Shown here: in pieces, positions 1-14,677 of the stretch
Numbering within the stretch: position 1 is the first letter of the stretch
Layout of the letters: every line of letters begins with the position of its first letter
Assembly (NCBI RefSeq): GCF_009914755.1
Contig: NC_060931.1
From: the human T2T-CHM13v2.0 reference genome, Homo sapiens
Reading direction: 5' to 3' (one strand)
DNA: 64,000 nucleotides
Notes under the pieces: model-generated
What the model was told of the DNA's origin: nothing
The model's input: the letters and a program-made list of their open reading frames with translations, nothing else
Database searches by the model: none
Made by a program: the position numbers and the translations under genes

Positions 1-319
1 GCACATCCAAGAGCATATCTTGCCTTTAGGAAAGGCCTCCAAATCTCTCTTATTAAGCAGTCATTTGTTAAAAACTGTCTTTTCTTGAGCAGACCTATGG
101 TGTTTGTCTCTTTATGTTCAGTTAACAGCATTCAACATTCCAGTGAAATGTAGATATTGCTTTACTTCTACTTTATAAATGAGGAGGGAAAAAGGTGCTA
201 AAGAGATCAGCATCTTGTCTGGAATCACACACCCTTATATAGCAGTGTCCATAGTAGACTTTAAGCTGTTTGACATGAACCGCTACTCATCATTGGTCTT
301 AATAATTACAGAACAGTAA

Positions 320-505
320 GTGAAGGCTTTACGAAGTTAACCTATTTAATCTCCACCATCTGAGTGGTAGATACTAGTGTTTATACCTGCTTTATACCTA
401 TGGAAACTGAATCCCAGCAAGGTTCAGACAGCTGCCCAGTGTCACATAGCTAGTAGTCGCAGAGCCAGAAGTTGAAGCCCAGATGATCTGTTTTCAGAGC
501 CCCTG
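320..505 (-). mobile_element. MIR SINE
   Basis: ggaaactgaatcccagcaaggttcagacagctgcccagtgtcacatagctagtag matches the reverse MIR core; boundaries approximate. Confidence 0.7.
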
Positions 506-512
506 CTGGTGG

Positions 513-730
513 TGTGGTTCTCAACTGGAGTGATTTTACCCTCCAGAGGACAATTTCATCAAGTTATGACATTTTGACTGTCATAACTGTGGAAAGAGGG
601 TGCTACTGGCACCTGTTGTGTTGAGACCAGGGTGCTGTTAAACATCCTACAATGCACAGGACAGCCCCTTTGTCAAATAAAAAATATATCCAGCCCAAAC
701 TGTCAATAGCACTACTCTTGAGAAACCCTG
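513..730 (+). mobile_element. MER20 DNA transposon (hAT-Charlie)
   Basis: gtggttctcaactgg...tgctactggc...aaacatcctacaatgcacaggacagcccc...gagaaaccctg follows the MER20 consensus. Confidence 0.85.
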
Positions 731-1590
731 GTCTATGCAGTTATCACAGTGCAACTATGTAGATACAAAATTAACTATCAGGACAGATGTTGACTGACAC
801 ATCATTGAAAGTTTCATCTCTAAATAAATGTCTGCTATCTGATTACTTCTATGCTATTTGCCTCTTTCCTCTAAAAAGTCACGCAGATAAAAGGTTTTTA
901 TTTAAGTTGTTTGGTTTTTATATCTTATTACAATATTCCATACTATAAATTCTATATTCTATTATAAAAATTTATATTATGGATCTCACTTGTATAAAGA
1001 GAATCTTAAATGCTTTTTTATCCACGTAGATATACACATTATTAAAATTCTCCCATACATCTGTACACAGTTATCTCTTTACCCAAAATTGCCCCCAATG
1101 AATCTTTCTTACCTCTTCTTTCCTTCTGACATTTATAAGTTACTTCCCACAGCCTTAATTACTTAGCAGCTGTCTTGGCACATTGCTTTCCTTCTCCCTT
1201 TTGCCCCTGAAGTGCTTGTTATCTCTATTAATTATTTTCAGAGTTTACAGAAACAATATGTAATGGGTTAGACAGAGAGGGAGTTGGAGTTCAGGAGCAG
1301 TGATGTCACCAGAACAGGAGAGTTGGCTGAGAGGGAGCGTGTCTCCTGCTAGTGAAATAAAAGATAAAATACTTTTTTGAAGATAGGCTGCTTCATGAAG
1401 GAAAGGGGAAGGGGCTTAGGCAATGGTCATTAATCCACAGGTCTTCTGTCAACAGTGGTTTATTTAAACATCTGTTATACATTTGTAATTTTTAAATATC
1501 TGCCTTGAGATACTTGGAATTTTCTTTTAAAAGAGATTTCTCTCTAGGGCTCAAAAAATCTGTTTTTGTAGGCTTGAAAATTCGACTAAT

Positions 1591-2336
1591 CTTTTTTTTT
1601 CTTTTTTTTATTATACTTTAAGTTCTGGGATACATATGCAGAATGTGCAGGTTTGTTACCTATGTATACACGTGCCATGGTGGTTTGCTGTAACCATCAA
1701 CCCATCATCTACATTAGGTATTTCTCCTAATGTTATCCCTCCTCTAGCCCCCCAACCCCTGACAGGCCCTGGTGTATGATGTTCCCCTCCCTGTGTCCAT
1801 GTGTTCTCATTGTTCATCTCCCACTTATGAGTGAGAACATGCGGTGTTTGTTTTTCTGTTTTCCTTTGTTAGTTTGCTGAGAATGATGGTTTCCAGCTTT
1901 ATCCATGTCCCTGCAAAGGACATGAACTCACCCTTTTTTATGGCTTCATAGTATTCCGTGTTGTATATGTGCCACATTTTCTTTATCCAGTCTATCATTG
2001 ATGGGCATTTGGGTTGGTTCCAAGTCTTTGCTATTGTGAACAGTATTGAAATGCATGTGTCTTTATAGTAGAATGATATATAATCCTTTGGGTATATACC
2101 CAGTAATGGGATTGCTGGGTCCAATGATATTTCTGGTTCTAGATCCTTGAGGAATCACCACACTGTCTTCCACAATGGTTGGACTAATTTACACTCCCAC
2201 CAACAGTGTAAAAGCATTCCTATTTTTCCAAATCCTCTCCAGTATCTGTTGTTTCCTGACTTTTTAATGATCGCCATTCTAACTGGCCTGAGATGGTATC
2301 TCATTGTGGTTTTGATTTGCATTTCTCTAATGACCA
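1591..2336 (-). mobile_element. 5'-truncated L1PA (L1PA7-like) 3' end
   Basis: Poly(T), then ttatactttaagttctggga...; ORF track 1825-2124 and 2155-2367 give L1 ORF2 C-terminal peptides; TSD cgactaatctt (1583) / cgactgatctt (2337). Confidence 0.92.
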
Positions 2337-3836
2337 CGACTGATCTTCTTAATAAGCTTCTGACCAAACTAGAACTTTCTAGATTTAAGTTTTATGTACA
2401 TTTGGTCAAAGTGACTTCCTGTTTTTGGAAAGGGGAAGAGATTAAGAAGTCTTCAAAAGCTGCTTACATTTTAGAGTGCCACTTAAATATTGATTTTATG
2501 TCAGTTAAGTAAAAGCTGGTTGAAAACATGTATTAAATTGTCCTTAAAATACAAATGTTTCCAAAAATTAAGAAGGGTGAATGCTTAGCAAGCTGTGACT
2601 ATCTTGTCAAAGCAAAAATACTTGAAAAGCAGTTGTTGTCATTAAAAAATATTTCCAATACAGACAGATTTACCTTGCCTCTGCTTGTTCTCTTTATTCA
2701 CTAGCATTATGCAAACTGTCATCAATCTATTTTAAGATTATGCCTTTCATTAGGAACAAGTAATAAGAATTTAGCTGGCAGAATTTGTGTTTTTGGAGTT
2801 TTTTTTTTTCCATTGCTTTACAATTATATTCTTAAGAATTGCTCTGAGAAAAACTTTTCCTATGCAGACCTACGTGTTAATACTTTTTAAGCTTCTTCAT
2901 TAGTTGGTTTCATATCATGTGTAAAGGCAACTCATGAAAATTTGATTTGTTTCTATCACAACAATTATAGATGACAGAGAAATAAAGTGTTATTTGTTAC
3001 TTAGAACTTACGTTATAAGTGAAACTAGTTAGTCTAGCCCTTTTACCAAGTTCACATAGTTGTCACAATACAGAAATGTTTACCAAGTTGGTTTAACAGG
3101 ATTTTTCCTTAAAGAAAATACAGTTAACATTGGAGAGTGCAGTGGGAAGCAAAAACTATGGAGTAATTTGAACTTAAATGTTATGATACTAATTGGGCTC
3201 AGTTACATACTAATCTTTGGCTTATGCCATTAGGCACCAGTGAATGAGGAGAGACTACTGCCAGTGAACTTTAACATCATCTCTCTGATAAGTATCTAGC
3301 TATGAACTTGTTATTCGAGACAATCATTTTAATTTCTAGAAGAGTATTTATAGAAAAAATATTACCAATAATATACCTAACTATATAACTCTAGATAGTC
3401 ATTTATGTAATCATCAGATTTCTCATGTTCTCTAAACTAAATTTTATTTCAATTTTCCTACTCTTCTCTAACTTTCTCATTACCACAAAGAGTGCCACAG
3501 TTGGCACAACATAAATTTTATTTATCAAAGTAAAGCAGGTATAAAATATATCATACAACAAAAATATTGAGCATAATGATAAGTTGAGAAATCTGTAATC
3601 TATACCTTGTATAAGCAGTTGAAATAAGAATCAGAATTGCTATTAGTTTTGATCACTTACTGCATGCAAGAAAATGCACTAAATAGTTCACATACTATTA
3701 TTATCTTTTTAATCTTGCCAGCAATCATGGAAGGCAGGTATCATTCACATATTACAGAAGATGGAATTGAGAACTTTTGTTGTAAGGTGACAAACCTAGG
3801 ACTTGAGTAGAGCATTTCCTGCTTCTAAAGAGCGTT

Positions 3837-3975
3837 ACTATATCATGTTATATATATATGTTATATAACTATATCATGTTATATATCAAATGTGTATATA
3901 TAGTATATGTGGATGTTTGAATGTGTATGTGTATATATATGTTTATAGGCATATACATATACATGCATACATATT
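3837..3975. repeat. (TA)/(TATG)-rich low-complexity repeat
   Basis: Visible tatatatatg and atatacat runs, with a duplicated actatatcatgttatata. Confidence 0.8.
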
Positions 3976-4362
3976 TGCAGTTCAATACTTGTTACTGAAT
4001 TTCACCTTAGAATGTGATTGCCACTAACGTGTCTCTATTTCTGAATATTAAATTATCTGTCAGTTACACCATTTGGAGTCCAGTGTTAATCTAAAGAGGT
4101 GCTGTTCACTCTTTGTTAGTTAGTTGAATTCAGCTCTCTTCATCTTTTTAAGTTACAGGTTTTTATGGGACTTTTGTCTATAAAATATTTTAATACATGG
4201 ATATTGATGTTATGTTTTCAAAAATTTAAATGTCTTTAGTAAAACCATAGTCCTTCCCAGGTACATTTTTATGTAAGTCATACAGTTTTCTTCATATTAG
4301 ATGTTTGAATAGGATGGAGCTATGAAATTTCATTCCCTTATTTATTTTATTATTCATTACAG

Positions 4363-4458
4363 GAACACCCCTCACTAGGCCAACTTTCAGAGAAATTAAT
4401 AGACAACAACATTAATGTCATCTTTGCAGTTCAAGGAAAACAATTTCATTGGTATAAG
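4363..4458 (+). CDS. ITGB8: Integrin beta-8 exon 7 (beta-I domain), 96 nt
   Basis: ttacag|GAA...AAG|gtatgt; translates EHPSLGQLSEKLIDNNINVIFAVQGKQFHWYK, the integrin beta PSLGQL/NINVIFAV motif; phase 0/0. Confidence 0.97.
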
Positions 4459-5480
4459 GTATGTTAACTCTGAAAATGTTAAAATTAAATTTTTTTCATT
4501 GGTAATTGAAATTAAGACATTTCTTTAGAACCACAGATAAGGATTCTGGAATTATTATACTTTGTACAATCTAAATTCTATATTGTATTACTAAAGTATC
4601 CTTTACAATGTCTTAACTTAGCATTTAAGCATAAATTCTATTTAGGTTTGTAACATCTAGAACCAAATCTGAGAACTGAGAATTGTATTGGATACACTTG
4701 AGTCCAGCCTGATGCTTAGGGTGGTCTCAAATGTGACAATGGTGGAGAAGACTTATCAGGCAAAAAGTAGTTCACAATCCGTCTTTGCATCTTGCATGTC
4801 TAGAGTGCTTCTTCTTATTCTGGTACATGAGCATATCCTCATAATAGGTTAAAATTAGAGAATATCAGCTTAATTCTAAATAGCACTGACACACCTAGCT
4901 TTGGTCTAGGTCATTCAATAACGGACCAAAAGGGGCCATCGAAGTGTCTGAGCCAGTCAAAGCCTTCACACATAAGAATAATCTTGGTGGTGTCTGGAGT
5001 CTTTTGGGCCAGGTGAGACCCTCAAGCAAAATAGACAGCAACTGTGTCACACTGGAGGTGCCATGGACCCCCCAGCATAGAACTGTTCCTCTGCAACCCT
5101 GTTATAGCTTTCTTTTCACAATCTTTAAGGCTCTTTCTTCCTAGAAACTCTCTTGTTCTCATTTTCATGAAGCTATGACACCCTAATTTTCATTGTGCAT
5201 CTCTGTTTACTTGGTCTCCCTCATCTCCTTTGCTATCTTTGTTTCTCCCATCTGCTCCCTAATTATACATTTCCCCTCAGTGGCCAGTCCCCAGTGCCCT
5301 CTACTTATTTTTAAAAACTGCAGAGAAATTACATTTTCTTGGCTTCAATAAATACTTGAACCCATTTCCATTTGCCACAAGCTGGTGTTCCCCCTACCAG
5401 TTTCCCTATTACCTACCTACCTTATCTGAAAGCACTACTTTAATCGTAACACTTCTTCCTTTAGAAATCTATGGTGAAGC

Positions 5481-5752
5481 TTTATTTATTTATTTAGGGT
5501 AAATGTATGGAGTACAAGTGCAAGTTTGTTACATGTGTAGATTGTGTAGTGGTGAAGTCAGGGCTTTCAGGGTGTCTGTCACTCGAATAGCACACATTGT
5601 ACCCATTAAGTGATTTCTCATCATCCACCCCACTCCCAGGCCCTCACCCTTCCAAGTCTCCATTATCTATCATTCTACATCATGTATACACATTATTTAG
5701 CTCCCACTTATGGGTGAGAACATGTGCTATTTTTCTTTCTGTGTCTGACTTA
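5481..5752 (-). mobile_element. Old L1 (L1PB/L1MA-type) 3' end
   Basis: gtacaagtgcaagtttgttacatg...ctcccacttatgggtgagaacatg; TSD gtgaagctttattta / gtgaaactttattta. Confidence 0.8.
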
Positions 5753-6419
5753 GTGAAACTTTATTTAACTCCTTGTTTACCCAAATGTATATACCATGGA
5801 ACCACTTTTTAAGGTAACAACAAACTAACATCTGCAGAAGTAGGACTCTGGCCAAAATTAAATGGCCCAAACCACTTTATTAGCAATCGTAACAGCTTCC
5901 ACTTATTGTACACTTAACTATTGTCAGGCATTGAGTTTGTAAATACTTATTAATCTAATCCTCTTAGCAACTCATAAAAATGAGGACAGTCATCTTAATA
6001 TGCCCATTTTAAAGATGAGGAATCATATTTTGGGAGGCTAAATATTTGCCCAAGGGTTTCTAACAACCCAAATCCTCTGCTCTTAACCTCTAAGCTTAAT
6101 AGTTTACTTTGAAATACCATGCAGCTTTTTATAGCTTTTGCTTCCTCTTTGCTGTTTCTCTAACATTATTTCTTGGCAGCATTATTGGCTCTAGCAGTTT
6201 CTTCCTATTCCTTTAAAAATTTGCCATTAACTGATAAACCATAAAACCAGGTTTATTATTAACTAAATTATGCACAAAGTCAGAATCAACTGGCTCCAAA
6301 GCCTGGGAAGCTCCGGTGTGAGCCCCATGCATGCCCCTGTAGTCACCTCCTTTGACTGCCTAGAGATCTTTTTTATCAATCACCTTTCACCTGGGTTCTA
6401 ACAACCTCATGGCTGATAA

Positions 6420-7025
6420 TCCATCCTCCATCTGGCTGCCAGAATGATCTATTGAAATCACAAGTGTGACCACAGTACTCCCTTGAGTAAAAGTTTCAGC
6501 GGTGCCCTCTGAATTAGAGGACCAAATCTCTAAGGTGGCACATGAGGCCATGTCTCTGCTTGCCTTTCTGGCCTCATTGCCCCACTGTTCCTTGCCTTGC
6601 AGGGATGCTTCTCATCCCTCCAGCCATGCTTCTAATCCTCCTGTGCACAAACACTCAGCCAGGCTGATTCTCTCCTCTGTGCCTTTGTTCTTGCTGCCCA
6701 CCCTCGCTTCTCATGTCTGGAAGCCCTTCTCCCTCATTACTTTATTAACTCTTACTCATACTTTAAGGCATGGCTTATAAGTCATCTCCTCCAGAAAACA
6801 GTCCTTGGCAACCTTCCCCAGCTCTCAAATGCTGGCCAGGTATCCCTTTCATTAGGGTCTGTGCACATCTCTATTGTTTCACGTGTTCACATGTACAGTG
6901 TTTAGTGAAGAAATTGTCATTTATATGCTTGTGAGATCCTTAAGGGTGGAAACTATGTGACCTAGTGATTTGGCATCTCCAAAGTGTATAAAGTAGGAGC
7001 TCAATAAAAGTCTAATAAATGAATT
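6420..7025 (+). mobile_element. L2 LINE 3' fragment
   Basis: gctgccagaatgatct...; ends gtaggagctcaataaa...aatgaat, typical of the L2 3' end. Confidence 0.7.
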
Positions 7026-7855
7026 TTTAAAATCTATAAATGATACATTTTTCCTTATGACTTGAGATGCCAAGTTGTTAGTGTCTAAGTAATGGCTGGC
7101 ATCCAGCAGGAACTTAAGGATATTTGTGAATAGGATAAAATGCAAGAATAAATGGATTTCAAAACTTTTTACCATCTGATTTCCTATAAGTACGTGCCCT
7201 TTAGTCAGATTGGCTTTTTTCTATTTTTGCTTCATCTTCGATTCATGCAGACCTTTAAAGCCTTTGCTCATTCTCCCTAAAAATACCTACGGTCTTCTCC
7301 ATAATAAGCAGCATGCATCAAGAACACATACCCCATGAAGTTTCCACTTGTGACTATGATTTTTCCTAACTAAAGAAGTTTTGGGAAATGCTGCATTAAA
7401 TAATGTTAAATCATTTCTAGATTGCAGGCCTACTCTGAAACTTTTAATTTGCAAATGTGCATTTTATGTTTCTAAGTGGAAGAAACCATATGCAGAACTT
7501 CCCAAGCTCATTTGCCCTCAAAACTTTTGTATGTTTAAAATCTCTTGGGCTTTACATTCCATGGAAGAAATTTGGGAGATGCTCATCTGCATTTCGATTG
7601 GATTTTTAGGTCATCAGGTACAGTGATTCCGGATGCACACACAGTCATGCACATGTACAGACACACACAACCACTACATGGGTATATGTTCTGGCTGCTC
7701 TACTAGGTTGCTTATATTTTTCTTGTGTCTTATAGGTTTTCATTCATTTAATGGTTCACCTTCAACTGATAACTACAAAAATATTTACTATTTGTTGGTT
7801 GCTAACCCATTACATACTATTGTCATTGTTTAAATGCTACTGATATGTTTTATAG

Positions 7856-7945
7856 GATCTTCTACCCCTCTTGCCAGGCACCATTGCTGGTGAAATAGAA
7901 TCAAAGGCTGCAAACCTCAATAATTTGGTAGTGGAAGCCTATCAG
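7856..7945 (+). CDS. ITGB8: Integrin beta-8 exon 8, 90 nt
   Basis: ttatag|GAT...CAG|gtatgt; DLLPLLPGTIAGEIESKAANLNNLVVEAYQ (end of beta-I, alpha7 helix); phase 0/0. Confidence 0.97.
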
Positions 7946-8039
7946 GTATGTATATATTAGATACAATTTTTTAAATAAAATTTTTACCTCAATTTCTGTG
8001 ACAAGGTACAAAGTAGTGCCATGTCATCTCGAGAGGAGG

Positions 8040-8220
8040 AGTAGAAAGCATATTAGATTAGGAATTAGGAATCTGAAGTTCATCCCTGGCCCTACCACTA
8101 ACTAGCTTTTTGCTTTGGTAAAGTCATTTCTGCTTTCTGTGCCTCACTTTTCTCATTGACAGTCAACAGAGATTGGGCTAGAGGCTATCTAAATTTCCTT
8201 CTACATCCAGTGCTCAGTGA
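8040..8220 (+). mobile_element. MIR-family SINE
   Basis: ccctaccactaactagc...tgtgcctcacttttctcatt, the MIR core. Confidence 0.6.
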
Positions 8221-8649
8221 ATCATCAAGTCATAGCTATAGAATGTACATTATTACCATGAAATTGCGTCATTTCCTATGCCGTAATGATAAAGTAGAAG
8301 TCCACAGTTACGTAAGGCAATAATCTGCCAGGGCAGTTAAACTATCTGGGATATAGCAATTATTAAGAGGAGTCGGTGGGGATCTCTATGATCAACCACT
8401 TGATTGTTCAACAATTATTTTAGCATTTTTATCAAAAGAGTTTGATTAAAAGAATCACCTTAGTAGATACTCTGTTTTCTTGAGTTGATGGTTGTATGCT
8501 GTCATCAGTCCTATGAAGAGTGAATGCCTCAATGCAAAGAATTTAAAGAAACATCTGTTCTTTCAACCTGCGTCATTCCTGAATAGAACCACCTCTGTTA
8601 AGATGTTGTGAAAATAGTGACTGCTACTTTTTTACCACTAAGATCCAGT

Positions 8650-8850
8650 CACTTTACATACATGACCTCATTCAGTCCTCACACCTGACCTATAAAGCAG
8701 GTGGTTAGTACCCACATTGTATATTAGTAGAAACCAAGACTCAGGAAAGTGAAACAAACTTATCAAAGGTTGTTCAACTAATAAGCAGAAGAAAGTGGGA
8801 TCAGAATCCAGGTGTTCCTTTACTTCAAGCCTCAGGTGCTTCCTCCTCTG
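8650..8850 (-). mobile_element. MIR SINE
   Basis: tcattcagtcctcac...gaaaccaagactcaggaaagtgaa...gaatccaggtg, the reverse MIR core. Confidence 0.6.
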
Positions 8851-9116
8851 CGATACCACCTGTTTTTCATTGTTTTACAGTGTGTCAAAAGATATGCTTT
8901 ATGCTACCTTGAATTTATGGGCCAACTATAGAGTCTCTTTCCCAAATTCTCTGACTCCCTTCCTAACACGCAGAGTTTAATAGTTAAATTATAGCCAAAG
9001 CATTGTGGAAAAACCTCTCGTTTCTCTTCTCGTTTTCTCCAGACAGCACCTTCCTTTAGCTTGGGCACAAAAGAGAAAGGCAGGAAGTAGACACAATATA
9101 TGAAATGAAGAACTTA

Positions 9117-9530
<414 letters not shown>

Positions 9531-10174
9531 TTACATCTTTCTCACTGTTACAAAAAAGAACAGTGAGACTGAAGAGGGACTTATCACAGAAAATCAAATG
9601 TGTCTACAATTCATTCCCATCAGTAGTCTGTTCCCAAGAATAATCAAAATAAGACAAGAGCTTATGCTGTAAGAAACCACTCTAAATTCTTTAGTATGAA
9701 CCCATTTATTACTCCAAAAAAAGTATATAAATTTACAGATTTTTACCTGTGTGTCAGACTGCCCCAGTGGCAAAGGAGACAGCAACATTTGGTTATTTTG
9801 CCTAGCATAGGTATGCAATGCCTTAGTCCAGTGTAGTTCTCATCAACCGTAAACAGTGGAAAAATAATATTAAATCCAACAAAAACTTACTGGGGCTAAC
9901 TACTCTCCTTAAGTTGGAATTCTGTTATTATTTTATATATGTTTATATTATCAAAAATCTTCTAAACTTTCATTTTGTCTTCACAGTCCAACAGAATCAA
10001 TTCACAATCCATTGAAGAATTATATAGAATCTGCCTCTGTACCTATTAGATACTAAAAGGGAAGCTCAAGATTATGTCTGGGGTTGGATTTCTGAATCCC
10101 CAAACTGGGCAAAATTTTAAGGATTTGTCTTCACATCAGGCTTGAAAAACATTGGCCTAACTAGCTAAGATCTT

Positions 10175-10483
<309 letters not shown>

Positions 10484-11817
10484 AACTAAGATCTTAAGAG
10501 AAGCAGAATTTTAGAAGGGTAAACTGAGGATGCTCATTGCGTTAGGCATTTCCTTCTGATCTGCTGGTTTTCCACATATGAACATCTTTGTATACCACTG
10601 GAAGTTTATATTGATTTACCAAAATTACACAATTAATTGTTGCAGTGTGTATGAGCTCTCTGGAAGACATAGTCTTACCTACTGTAAATAATATTTACTT
10701 TGAGAAATTAGAGGAAAGTCTCTTGTTCTAAAGATACGCTACCAGAATTCCATGATCAATTATTTGTCAGTAAGCACGTGTTTCTTTGTTGATTATACCA
10801 TTGAAGAAGAGAAATCACTCAAGTAAAGAATTAGAAGCCACTGGAAATTATTTTTCTTTTCATAACCCGCTGCTCACTCTCTTTCTTTAGGCACATACTT
10901 CGTTTTTCCTTTTTTTTGTTTGTTTTTTTTTTGGCAAGTGAAGGATTTTTGCATGTGGTAGACTCTTAGTTGTATGGAATAAAATGCACACAGATCTGAA
11001 GTATACATTAAAGGTAGCTGGATCCTTTGGAATTTGAAGATTGTAATGAAAGAAATTAGTGTGTGCCTGCCACACAATAGGCATTAAATAGATATTTATT
11101 GAATGAGTGTATACATGGGTGAATAAATGAATGAATGGTTTTCTGCCCAGTAAGAGGCCCTATTTTGGTATTAAGGATTGCAGCAAGCTTGACTGACACA
11201 AACAAGTCCCAAGGACTTGGGAAAAATTCTAAGCCATTCTTGGAGAGCCTTATAGAACTATATCTGTCCAGTAATTCTTGCTCCTTCAGTGTAGAAATGG
11301 CCTCCCTAAAATGTACTTGTCAATTCTGTGTCAATAAGTCATTTTAGCTATCATGATAGTCTCAATTGTTTGAAACAAAAATATTTCTTTAGCAGCTTTA
11401 TATGGCAGAAGCATTTTCCACATTTTAAGGTGTCAAGATTTACCCTTTGTGATGATATATGTGTTCTCAAGGTTTAATTACACTTTATCATAAAATATAG
11501 TTATTACTGGATTAAAAATGACTGTTTTGTTAACAGACTGATAAATATCTTTGAAGGGCTCAAAATGCAGTCATGGAAATATGTAAAAAAAATAGAACAA
11601 TTTGAATGCAGATAATCTAATCCTTCAGTATTTCTTATGTATTTCAAATATAATTGGGTCATTATGTGGAAACACTGTTTTTATTCATCCTTTTATAGAA
11701 ACAGACTCTTTGATCTAGTTAAAATTAAATCTATAATGATTTAATAAGCTTGACTCTGCTTTGTTGCTGACATTTGAAACTACTCTCGTATGTAATTTAA
11801 AAATAATGTCTCTGCAG

Positions 11818-11952
11818 AAGCTCATTTCAGAAGTGAAAGTTCAGGTGGAAAACCAGGTACAAGGCATCTATTTTAACATTACCGCCATCTGTCCAGATGG
11901 GTCCAGAAAGCCAGGCATGGAAGGATGCAGAAACGTGACGAGCAATGATGAA
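11818..11952 (+). CDS. ITGB8: Integrin beta-8 exon 9 (hybrid domain), 135 nt
   Basis: tctgcag|AAG...GAA|gtatgt; KLISEVKVQVENQVQGIYFNITAICPDGSRKPGMEGCRNVTSNDE (inside ORF 11761-11991). Confidence 0.97.
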
Positions 11953-13924
11953 GTATGTGGGTGTGCATTTTTCCCTTTTAAAATAAACTAAGTTGTTTGG
12001 CGTACTTTCTTACAGAAAAAGCAAACCATTCTGAAAAATTTTACTTACTACTGACTCTAAGAATCTTATTTATACTTGAAGGAAACTTTCATTGTCTCTC
12101 CTCAAAGTTCCTACTTGTTTTAGCTCAGCTGATTGTTCTCTCCAACTCTCAGGTTTTAATATGTATATGTGTGTGCGTGTGTGTGTAATATGAAACAATC
12201 ATGTATCAATAGTAACTTTAAACTTAGGCGTCATGACCGGTATAAATTAGGAAATCACATATTCTCAAATAAGTAGTGTCTGTACTTATAATAATGATAA
12301 TGCCTTTTCGATTTCATATTCACAAACTCTCAAAGTAAATGTAAAATTGAAAGTCACATATCACAGAAAAGAATGGGAATGATAGAACAGTTGATAAAGG
12401 CTAAGAATTTCAAAATCTTTCACTTTGTGATTGCCCCAGTACACTCATAATTATCTAAATTATCTAGAAGGAGGTAGGGAAATTTATTAAGAACAATACA
12501 AAATGGGAAGAGTCATCATTTACCAAAAAAAAAAAATGGGATGTAAAGGAGAGAGATCCAGATTGTAACAGTATCAGGAAACAGCACCAGAGGAGATAGA
12601 GATTCTCCAAGGATTGGCACAACGGAGAGAGTAACACAAAGAAACATACTCTTTAAGGGAGTCTTTGCTGGGTGAAGTGATTTTGATTGAGTCATTTACG
12701 TCATGAGGCATTGTCTCATGTTTAAATGAATGACTTGGACTAGTAGATTTCCAACCCCTTTTAATCTAAAGTGCAATGATGATTAATTATGTAATGTCAT
12801 GCTATAGAAAAAAAGAAAAAGTTATTGAAAGTGATAGAAGATTCTAAAAATGAATAAAAGAGACTCTTCTCTTTAGTTAGAATATGTTTTTCTATCTTAG
12901 GAATTTTAGAGCTGTGTATTTTAAATTAATTATTGCAAGTTTCTAATTCTGTGGTTTCTTCTATGATCACTCCGTGGATTTTGTTCAAAGGACATCATAT
13001 ACCAGTTTGCAAAATGCACTTTGGCTTTTCATTAAAACTACAGAGAAAACTTTTTACTAGCAAATATAGCACTAAGTTACTTTATGAAAAAACGCTTACT
13101 GTCTTAGAAATAGTTATTTCCTTCAAAATGTCATTTTGGAAGAATGGTTTTTCTTAGCTTTTACATTGTTTTTTTTCTTTTCATTTGCTTACATGCCATC
13201 TTTCCTTCATTTTCAATTGAGTAGTATAAATAGTTTAACTCTCAGGAATAGTCATATGACCTCTTAATTATAGAAACCCCAGAGTATGATCTACTGTTAG
13301 AGATGGCAGTGGCCACATTAACTTATGTATCTGTTAAGCTTCAGCATTCTCAAAGACAAAAGCATTTTAAGCATAACACCAACTGTATTGATTTTAATAT
13401 TATGGAACAAATTCTAATGTTTCATGTATATATAAGCCAAATTTAGATACTTTATATTATTATATCGTAGATATATATTCCAACCAAAAAGCTCAGCGCA
13501 AATTAATTTTAAATTGTAATGGATCTCAATCCAACGTGAAAGAAATATACCTTCTTATTTACCAAAGTACCTAAAGATGGTAAGGTGAGCCAACAAATAT
13601 AAATAGACATATTAAATCAATTGTGTTGTGCAAAAAGAAGAAATAGAGAAAAAGAAAACATTTGACCAATTCCTGCCAGCACAGCTCCTTAGTTCTGGGC
13701 TATCTTCTTCCATGGAGACAAATAGATAACCTGTGTTGAGGTCTTAAGATTTGCAAATGAGAGTCCTAAACATTTTTCTTTCGAGTAACATCAGAGAAGG
13801 CCACAGGTTTTCCTCCACTGAAACCCTGTATAAACTAAAATTTAACTCCGAAACTTTACTTGGGCTCCTAGAAAATAGGAACAAAATTAAAACTGTTCAT
13901 TTGAACATCTTATCTCAGGGTTTT

Positions 13925-14235
13925 GATTTTTATTTATTTATTTATTTTTGAGATAGAGTCTCGCTGTGTCACTCAAGCTGTAGTGCAGTGGTGCAATCTC
14001 GGCTCACTGCAACCTCTGTCTTCCGGGTTCAAGCAATTCTCCTGCCTCAGCCTCCCTCCCAAGTAGCTGAGACTACAGGTGCGCGCCACCATGCTCAGCT
14101 AATTTTTGAATTTTTAGTAGAGATAGGGTTTCACCATGTTGGCTAGGCTGATCTCGAACTCCTGACCTCAAGTGATCCAACCGCCTAAGCCTCCCAAAGT
14201 GCTGGGATTACAGGTGTGAGCCACCACGCCAGGCC
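13925..14235 (-). mobile_element. AluS
   Basis: (TTTA)n tail and the reverse Alu dimer; TSD atctcagggtttt on both sides. Confidence 0.95.
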
Positions 14236-14677
14236 TCATCTCAGGGTTTTAAACCAGTAGAGCAGAAGCCCTTTACTTTGGTTTATGTGATCTATCTCTA
14301 GTGTCAAATATTCAATACCCCACATTTTAATGGCTGAGTTTAGAAAATGGCCTATTCTTTCTCATGTTTGCTAAGAAATTAATCATCAGTGATGGGGTAG
14401 ATGCTTCAGATAGGCTTGCACTCAAGTCTATTTAATGGTGCAATATAGGGATTAGTAGTTATTATATTCTTTAACCCTCAAGTTCATTCATTGGAAAATA
14501 AATGACTTTAAAAAGAGATGTTGCATATATATGAAAGAGATTACATGTGTTTCTTTTACAAATATCGTTAATTTCTCTAAGATGGTTTCTTATCAATTCA
14601 GTTATTAACAGATATAATATTGGTAATAAAAATAATTAAGGTATATAAATATATTTCCTTTTTCCTCCTAAATTTAG

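Noticed and set aside
1825-2512. ORFs of 99, 121 and 70 aa
   Set aside because: L1 ORF2 C-terminal remnants and their antisense frame; not host genes
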